DNA of 64,000 bases from Escherichia phage ES12. The translations under genes and the position numbers were made by a program. Where the stretch lies: sequence record MN508614.1; one strand, 5' to 3'. Each line of letters starts with the position of its first letter. The stretch's first letter is position 1. The notes beneath the pieces are model-generated. The model did no database searches. It saw only the letters and a list, made by a program, of their open reading frames with translations, and was not told the DNA's origin. Below are positions 58,453 through 64,000 of this stretch, piece after piece.

Positions 58453-59361
58453 TTAAGATTTAAGTAAATCAACAATTTTAATTAACTTTTCACGCTCAGA
58501 TTTAGCTTTACTACTCAATCCAGATAGTCTGAAAATTTCATCATCATATTGTTGAATAGAAATATTCAGCTCTTCAATTTGCTCATTAAAATAATCAATT
58601 TGCTCAGAATGTTTTTCGTTACTACGAACTGGTACAGGTTTTGTAGGTAATTTAGATGAACTGGATTCATCCGGGCGATAAATTAAAATACAACTTGAAC
58701 CAATTGGACATTTTGCACCAGATGAATATTCTAACGTTCCAGCTTCTTTTAAAACTTCAAAAGCTAAACAGAGATGATGCCCCATATTAACATAATCTGT
58801 AGAGCGAGCTCTGATATAATAATCATCGCCGCGAATACTAAATTTAAAGCATTTAAGGTCTTCTGTATTATTGGTCTTAAAAATCATTTGTTTATCTAGA
58901 CCTTTAGCTAATCGAGCGCCTAATGCTAATAATCGTCGTTGATTTTCCCACAAATCTGCGATCATTTGGTCAAATGATAATTTCGGCATTAATCGACCAT
59001 AAAGGTCATATCCTTTATTATAATTGCGAAGGATTTCACTCGCATTAATACGAGACAACGCTCCAATTTTATTAAGGGCTTTCATGATGCGATTAGATAA
59101 ACCCATTCCAGACCCGTTTGTTCGTTGTAAATGTTTATCTAATCCAAACCCAATATCAACTTTAAATTTATCTAAAATTTCAGCATGAACATCTCTGTCA
59201 ATAACATTCAAATCCAAAGTTGGGTTAAATCTATGAAAAAATTTATCTGGCTCTCCACGACGAAGTACAGTCCATTCATTCAATTTTTTATTAACTAAAG
59301 ATTTAATTACTGCATTGACATTATTAATTACTACTGACATATTTTCCTCACTCAATTTCAA
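58453..59361 (-). CDS. Paralogue D of the four-member tandem family, 302 aa
   Basis: Central RRLLALGARLAKGL helix; tail ...EQIEELNISIQQYDDEIFRL...EREKLIKIVDLLKS. Confidence 0.6.
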   Translation of the reverse strand: MKLSEENMSVVINNVNAVIKSLVNKKLNEWTVLRRGEPDKFFHRFNPTLDLNVIDRDVHAEILDKFKVDIGFGLDKHLQRTNGSGMGLSNRIMKALNKIGALSRINASEILRNYNKGYDLYGRLMPKLSFDQMIADLWENQRRLLALGARLAKGLDKQMIFKTNNTEDLKCFKFSIRGDDYYIRARSTDYVNMGHHLCLAFEVLKEAGTLEYSSGAKCPIGSSCILIYRPDESSSSKLPTKPVPVRSNEKHSEQIDYFNEQIEELNISIQQYDDEIFRLSGLSSKAKSEREKLIKIVDLLKS

Positions 59362-59755
59362 TTTTACTAAATATACAGAATAAGATGGAACAGACTATAT
59401 AAACACCACACACAGATTGAACTAATACCATTCCAAAGAACCAAACAATATTATCAAACAATGTCTGTTTTACGTCGAAAGGACGTAAACTTACAGTAAT
59501 ATTATCGCCTTTTTCTATTGATGAATACATCTCTGGTGAAATATATTCGCTAAATCTATAACCGTCTTTGAGTTCATATACAGCAATAAACGATAAACTA
59601 GACCCCTTTCCTTGAGTTCCTGTAAAGGTATTAACTACAGTAACATCATAATCTTTATAATGCATATAATCATTAATTGCGTAATAACCATATGCAACTA
59701 CTACACATAAACAACATATCAATAAATTCAATCTTTTAATTATCAACTGTTTCAT
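59348..59755 (-). CDS. Membrane protein, 135 aa
   Basis: N- and C-terminal TM helices; overlaps the paralogue D start by 14 nt. Confidence 0.55.
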   Translation of the reverse strand: MKQLIIKRLNLLICCLCVVVAYGYYAINDYMHYKDYDVTVVNTFTGTQGKGSSLSFIAVYELKDGYRFSEYISPEMYSSIEKGDNITVSLRPFDVKQTLFDNIVWFFGMVLVQSVCGVYIVCSILFCIFSKIEIE

Positions 59756-59769
59756 AATAATCTCAATTA

Positions 59770-59805
59770 AAAGGGCTTAGAACCATTATACCATCCTTGG
59801 TATAA
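59770..59805 (-). promoter_or_regulatory. MotA-box middle promoter
   Basis: Minus-strand CGCTTTA-(12)-TGgTATAAT. Confidence 0.4.
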
Positions 59806-59810
59806 AGCGG

Positions 59811-60338
59811 TTATGCGAGTACCGTCTTTAACCGTTCTTCAAACTTCCGAAGAGTATTTTGGCGTTCAGCTCTTTGCTTTTTGTAAGTTTCAATACGCTC
59901 TGAAATGAGAGTGTATCGTTCATTTACTGATTCTTTCATAAAATCAGGAATTTCACGAGAAGCTTTAATCTCATCAAATTTATCAATAACAGCTTGCTCT
60001 TCAGCAATTAAGTTATCATACATCAAAATATCTTTCTTGATGAACTCAATATCTTCTTGAGTTACACGAGATAATTTAGATGCTTTATCCTTTTTGTACT
60101 GTTCGTTAGTATCACGAGACCAGTGTAATGTACGATTTTTATTCGTATTCTTGTAAATTTCTACAATACCAATCTCATCGATAATAACGATCCAATTCCA
60201 ACGAGATTTGTAAATTTGTCCTCCGTCAACCACGATTTCACCTCCGATTGAGATGTCATTAAAGAACTTGCTTTGTGCTTCAGATTTAAATTTACCATCA
60301 TTGTAGTTTACCAAGTTGAAAATATCTTTAGCATTCAT
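59811..60338 (-). CDS. Hypothetical protein, about 175 aa
   Basis: Start at MNAKDIFNLVNYND after the promoter leader; the track ORF reads through the promoter. Confidence 0.55.
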   Translation of the reverse strand: MNAKDIFNLVNYNDGKFKSEAQSKFFNDISIGGEIVVDGGQIYKSRWNWIVIIDEIGIVEIYKNTNKNRTLHWSRDTNEQYKKDKASKLSRVTQEDIEFIKKDILMYDNLIAEEQAVIDKFDEIKASREIPDFMKESVNERYTLISERIETYKKQRAERQNTLRKFEERLKTVLA

Positions 60339-60359
60339 TTTTGTTCCTCCGTAGTTGAT

Positions 60360-60397
60360 AGTTGTATAGTACCACAGAGGAATGGTCTTGTAAACCA
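60360..60397 (-). promoter_or_regulatory. Early promoter cassette
   Basis: Minus-strand GTTTAC-(18)-TGgTACTAT with GGAGGAACAAAAATG leader. Confidence 0.5.
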
Positions 60398-60712
60398 CTA
60401 AAAGAAACTTCTTTCACAATTTTTTCCACTGAACCAAGCGCTCACTGCTTTCTTAGTCTCAGGAGCAGTGTTATCCATAAACCATTCAAAAGCAGCCTTT
60501 TTATGATTCTGGAGGGCTTCTCGGGCTTTAATCTGCTCACGGTCTATTAACACTAACATATGAGCCTTTCTTGTCACCAAGGGCTTCTTATGATTCTTGG
60601 AGTATTCCCAGTCATTTGTCCAACGCATTGTCGTTGCGAACTGATGAACCGCGTCTTTAATTTTAGTTTCGTAAATTTCACGAGCCTTTGAGTATAACAT
60701 CACTACCTCCAT
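60398..60712 (-). CDS. Hypothetical protein, 104 aa
   Basis: Minus-strand ORF downstream of the AAA+ ATPase gene. Confidence 0.55.
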   Translation of the reverse strand: MEVVMLYSKAREIYETKIKDAVHQFATTMRWTNDWEYSKNHKKPLVTRKAHMLVLIDREQIKAREALQNHKKAAFEWFMDNTAPETKKAVSAWFSGKNCERSFF

Positions 60713-60801
60713 TTACCAGTTTAATTCTAATCATCTTTTTGATGGCAGTCCATATAATCTATTTCTGAACTGCCTTTTTGTCATAGAAGGCCTCTTATGA
60801 A

Positions 60802-61770
60802 TTATTTCAGAAGAGTAACCTCAGCGATTTCTTCCCAACCGTTTTTGTCGGTCATAATAAAGTCAGCAAGATAAAGTGCAGTACGCAGTGAAACATTGCG
60901 TAAACGATTAACATTGACTTTCATCCATGATAATGCTTTATAAGTTTCTTCATCAGAAAGACCGCGTTTTTGCATCATGTCAGTTGAAAGAATAACATCT
61001 TCAACCCTGACCATAATTTCTTCATTAGTGTGAACACCCAAATCTAAATAAACTGAGCGGGACACTAATGCTTGTAAATGTGGAGCAAGTTTAGTACCAC
61101 GGTCTAATTCGCGGTCAATGTCAACGTTTGTGATAAAAACAATCGTTCCTTTAAATTCAAACTCACGCTCAATGCCTTTTTCTTCTAAGTAAGAAGATGC
61201 AGTGCTCCAGCAGACTTTACGGGTCTCTCCAGTGTCCAGAGCAGCTTTCAGAAGATTAAGAATGTCCATATCAGAGAAAACATCCACATCATCAATCAAA
61301 AGGACAGAATTCTCTTCACGATTATTCCAAAGCTGCTCATAAAGACCAATACCAGAGATTTTACCATTAATGCTTTTATATTCAATGTATCCAATATCAT
61401 TTGCTTTATTTAAAGCTTTATCTAAAGAATACGTTTTACCAATACCTGCTGCGCCAGAGATAATTAATGAACGAATATTTCCGTTAATAATACCATTCGT
61501 CATCATTCCCATAACATTAAATCTTTTATTAATGCGGGTTTTCATATCTTCATACGATTCTTTAACTTCTTCAACTTTTACACCATCATATGAAATGTCT
61601 GATTTGTAAACCCAAACACCGCGACGCTTACCGTCAATTTCAACAAAAACTTTACCATCTCCTTGTGCATCTACCGGAGCATTATCTGGGAACCATTCAC
61701 CTAAGAGCTCAAAAGTTCCAGAGATTTCTTTACCGAAGTAGATACCCTTATTGATAGTTACAGTTTTCAT
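60802..61770 (-). CDS. AAA+/P-loop ATPase, about 322 aa
   Basis: Start at MKTVTINKGIYFGK after the promoter leader; Walker A GAAGIGKT, Walker B VLLIDDVD, sensor-1-like FITNVD. Confidence 0.65.
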   Translation of the reverse strand: MKTVTINKGIYFGKEISGTFELLGEWFPDNAPVDAQGDGKVFVEIDGKRRGVWVYKSDISYDGVKVEEVKESYEDMKTRINKRFNVMGMMTNGIINGNIRSLIISGAAGIGKTYSLDKALNKANDIGYIEYKSINGKISGIGLYEQLWNNREENSVLLIDDVDVFSDMDILNLLKAALDTGETRKVCWSTASSYLEEKGIEREFEFKGTIVFITNVDIDRELDRGTKLAPHLQALVSRSVYLDLGVHTNEEIMVRVEDVILSTDMMQKRGLSDEETYKALSWMKVNVNRLRNVSLRTALYLADFIMTDKNGWEEIAEVTLLK

Positions 61771-61799
61771 TTTATTCTCCAAATCCGTATCAGTTGATA

Positions 61800-61850
61800 G
61801 TTGTATAGTACCACAGTATGCTTTGGTTGTAAACCGTTTTGTGAAAAAAA
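61800..61850 (-). promoter_or_regulatory. Early promoter cassette
   Basis: Minus-strand AAAAATTTTTTTCACAAAACGGTTTAC-(18)-TGgTACTAT; about 60 nt near-identical to 5250-5300. Confidence 0.5.
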
Positions 61851-61866
61851 TTTTTGAAATAAAAAA

Positions 61867-61885
61867 GGGAGCCCGAAGGCTCCCT
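61867..61885 (-). terminator. Rho-independent terminator after the NTase-fold gene
   Basis: Minus-strand RNA GGGAGCC-UUCG-GGCUCCC followed by UUUUUUAUUU. Confidence 0.55.
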
Positions 61886-61886
61886 A

Positions 61887-62900
61887 TCATTTATAATAAC
61901 TTCGGTGGTTTTCAAGATAAACCCTCTCAAGGAAGTCATCCCAGAAACCCATGTCTACTTTTTGCTGCATACCGTTCTTAGAAGCTTCAATGGATGCTGC
62001 TTCTACTTGATCGACCACATCTTCCAAAAACTCTTGAACAGTTTTAAATGGATGTTTACCCAACTTCACGTCGAGAATAAATGGAGCGTCTTGAAGTGGA
62101 TAGACTAAGTCACCAGTTTTGTAAATTTCCAATAGTTGGAGTCCACCACGGCAAGCATGACTCAGAGCTTTCCAGTCAATGCCCTCATTCGCTTCAGCCT
62201 TACGAGCACGTTCGCCGTATTCAGCATCAAGTTTATTCAAAGATTGCTTAAGCTCAATAAGAGAAAGTGTTGTTTGATATTTACGACCCAACACAGTGTA
62301 GAACGTTTGTGGGCCTGTTTTCTCATGATTATGGAATACCCATTCACAGAATTCGTTCTCTGGAAGACGATGCTTAATATCTTCAACTTTAGTTCGACGC
62401 TGCTTAATGGAACCGTCTTCTTGGTAATCAACCCATTGCTCAGGGATTTGATTAACTACTTTCAATACATCACGTAATGCGGCCAAACGAGAACCCTTAA
62501 CACCGTATTTAGAAGCTTGCTTGCGAACATATCCTAAATAGGATTTCATGTTAGTCGTATAAAAACGAGAACGATTATCTTGGATAAACTTCCATACATC
62601 AGGCAAATCAGATTTAACCACTAGTTCAGGCGGAGTGTGAAGCATATCCAATGCTACAGTTTCACCATCTGCCGCTAATTTAAAGAAATACTTAAGACTG
62701 TATAGTTCATGGTCAATATCATCTTTAGTGTTTTTAGATGATGTGTTGTTAGTGTTTTTGCTCATATGCTCTTTAACATTTCCGATAAGAATATCGCGAG
62801 CAGGAGGAACAAAAATTTCTTTAAAATCTACATCAGATTCTGGAGTAGAAGTTCCATAAAGATGACTACCAAAATAGCTTTTCATTACTGTTTTCATCAT
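61887..62900 (-). CDS. Nucleotidyltransferase-fold protein (Pol-beta-type GS...D.D motif), 337 aa
   Basis: N-terminal YFGSHLYGTSTPESDVDF fits the G[SG]x(9-13)DhD NTase signature; helical C-terminal domain. Confidence 0.6.
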   Translation of the reverse strand: MMKTVMKSYFGSHLYGTSTPESDVDFKEIFVPPARDILIGNVKEHMSKNTNNTSSKNTKDDIDHELYSLKYFFKLAADGETVALDMLHTPPELVVKSDLPDVWKFIQDNRSRFYTTNMKSYLGYVRKQASKYGVKGSRLAALRDVLKVVNQIPEQWVDYQEDGSIKQRRTKVEDIKHRLPENEFCEWVFHNHEKTGPQTFYTVLGRKYQTTLSLIELKQSLNKLDAEYGERARKAEANEGIDWKALSHACRGGLQLLEIYKTGDLVYPLQDAPFILDVKLGKHPFKTVQEFLEDVVDQVEAASIEASKNGMQQKVDMGFWDDFLERVYLENHRSYYK

Positions 62901-63358
62901 TCAGCCTTATATTCAATAACAGGACATACTTTAGCTTTACGAGCTTTTAAAAATTCAACGATAACCGATTTCTTTGGTTGAATAGGAGGTAAACCTTTAT
63001 ACGCCCTATCAATATTTTCTACGTGTAAAGCATAATCCTTTTTCCATTTATAATCTTTATATTTTTCACGCAAATGTGCAGGAATAACAAATGAACCGAT
63101 AATAAGTAAAACAACCAAAAGTGCAAGTATAAATGCTGATGGAATAAGAGTCCATAAACTACCAAAAATAAGCCATTTCTGTATGATTTCTGCACAGATA
63201 ATAGTTAGACCTGCGAGTATAGTACATCCGAAAAAAGAAACGAAAAATGTAGGGATAACAATAGACCAAAAGTATGCACACAGTGTCTTAGGTCGTTTCC
63301 ATTCGTCGTTAAACAGTTTGAATAATTTATAGTGCCAAGAGTTTTCATTAATAATCAT
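62897..63358 (-). CDS. Membrane protein, 153 aa
   Basis: Multiple TM helices; 4-nt overlap with the NTase-fold gene start. Confidence 0.55.
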   Translation of the reverse strand: MIINENSWHYKLFKLFNDEWKRPKTLCAYFWSIVIPTFFVSFFGCTILAGLTIICAEIIQKWLIFGSLWTLIPSAFILALLVVLLIIGSFVIPAHLREKYKDYKWKKDYALHVENIDRAYKGLPPIQPKKSVIVEFLKARKAKVCPVIEYKAE

Positions 63359-63360
63359 AA

Positions 63361-63882
63361 TTATCCTTTCATTGAAGGTGTAACAGTTGTTAAATACTTA
63401 ATCATAGCTTCAGCTTCTGATTTTGATAATGAAATTTCTTCATTGTTTTGACGAATAGAAATAAAATCCGGATGACGGTCACCACCAGCTTTTAAAACAC
63501 ACATATAAGTATCAGTTTCATCTTCAATATCTGAAATGATTGAAGCAGTTCCACATGAATGTGGTTTTTGATAAATCAATACAGCTTTTCTTCCACCGTT
63601 TGACTGTTCATAAACTTTTAACACATCAAACAAATCGCTTCTTTTATCAATAGCTAAGATGTTGTTTTCATCTTCAATATTAAATCCTTCGGATACTTCA
63701 TAAAGTGTCACCCATAAATCACCAATATCAATAACAGCGTTCACTTTTCCATGACTTTCAAGAGCATTACAAATTTTCTTAATTTCATCATAACTCATTT
63801 TAATAATATCATCTCCTTGAATAAGGAAGATGTCATTTTTAAATTCAACACGAATTAAACCACTTCCACTTGAAATAAACAT
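63361..63882 (-). CDS. Hypothetical protein, 173 aa
   Basis: Minus-strand ORF near the window end. Confidence 0.55.
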   Translation of the reverse strand: MFISSGSGLIRVEFKNDIFLIQGDDIIKMSYDEIKKICNALESHGKVNAVIDIGDLWVTLYEVSEGFNIEDENNILAIDKRSDLFDVLKVYEQSNGGRKAVLIYQKPHSCGTASIISDIEDETDTYMCVLKAGGDRHPDFISIRQNNEEISLSKSEAEAMIKYLTTVTPSMKG

Positions 63883-63888
63883 ATTTCC

Positions 63889-64000
63889 TCACTTTGAAAT
63901 CATAGTTGGAATGACAGAATCGAGATAAGTCTTTAGCGCAATAGCTTCGTCTTTGGTAAATGTGACAATATACGATCGAAAATCATCAATTTGACGAATA
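63889..64000 (-). CDS. C-terminal fragment of a minus-strand ORF running out of the window
   Basis: Open frame ...DFRSYIVTFTKDEAIALKTYLDSVIPTMISK ending at a TGA 7 nt before the next gene's start. Confidence 0.3.
   Translation of the reverse strand, partial: IRQIDDFRSYIVTFTKDEAIALKTYLDSVIPTMISK

Noticed and set aside
5250-61850. Dispersed 60-80 bp repeats as a possible CRISPR array or transposon ends
   Set aside because: Copies are kilobases apart, all in one orientation upstream of genes, and match early-promoter architecture; no regularly spaced repeat-spacer structure and no transposase or integrase.
61887-62900. Reading the NTase-fold gene as part of a CBASS-like defence operon
   Set aside because: No adjacent effector or second-messenger receptor was recognised, and the context is a lytic phage early region; kept only as a hypothesis in findings.
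1-64000. tRNA, rRNA, integrase or prophage-boundary features
   Set aside because: No cloverleaf-like or rRNA sequence and no integrase or att-like repeats were recognised; gene order is co-linear with a T-even lytic genome throughout.

Overview
The window is a contiguous segment of a T-even (T4-like) coliphage genome, in T4 map orientation. It runs from the 3' end of long-tail-fibre gene 37 through 38, t, asiA, arn, motA, 52, ac, stp, ndd, denB, rIIB, rIIA, 39, motB, dexA, dda, srd, modA/modB, soc, 56, 61, sp, dmd, 41, uvsX, 42, imm, 43, regA, 62, 44, 45, rpbA, 46, 47, a-gt, 55, nrdH/G/D, 49, pin and nrdC, and ends in the nrdC-distal accessory block. Only 37, 38, t and one 66-aa ORF are on the plus strand; everything else is a minus-strand early/middle transcription unit. 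Several features point to a T2/T6-type relative rather than T4 itself: a glycine-rich gp38 adhesin, an unsplit 606-aa gene 39, a DxD glycosyltransferase at the beta-gt locus, an uninterrupted nrdD, and no homing-endonuclease or dam-like ORF. Gene names were assigned by reading the translated ORFs against remembered T4 protein lengths and sequences; no database search was run. The ORF track uses TTG/GTG as start codons in places, so some starts were moved to an internal ATG with a Shine-Dalgarno; small-ORF and regulatory-site coordinates may be off by 1-3 nt. Non-coding structure is dominated by a reiterated early-promoter/leader cassette, MotA-box middle promoters, and very stable C(UUCG)G hairpins on the minus-strand RNA. 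I did not find a clearly new system; the best candidates for follow-up are four tandem paralogous coiled-coil genes (55.4-59.4 kb) and an adjacent nucleotidyltransferase-fold protein plus AAA+ ATPase pair (60.8-62.9 kb).
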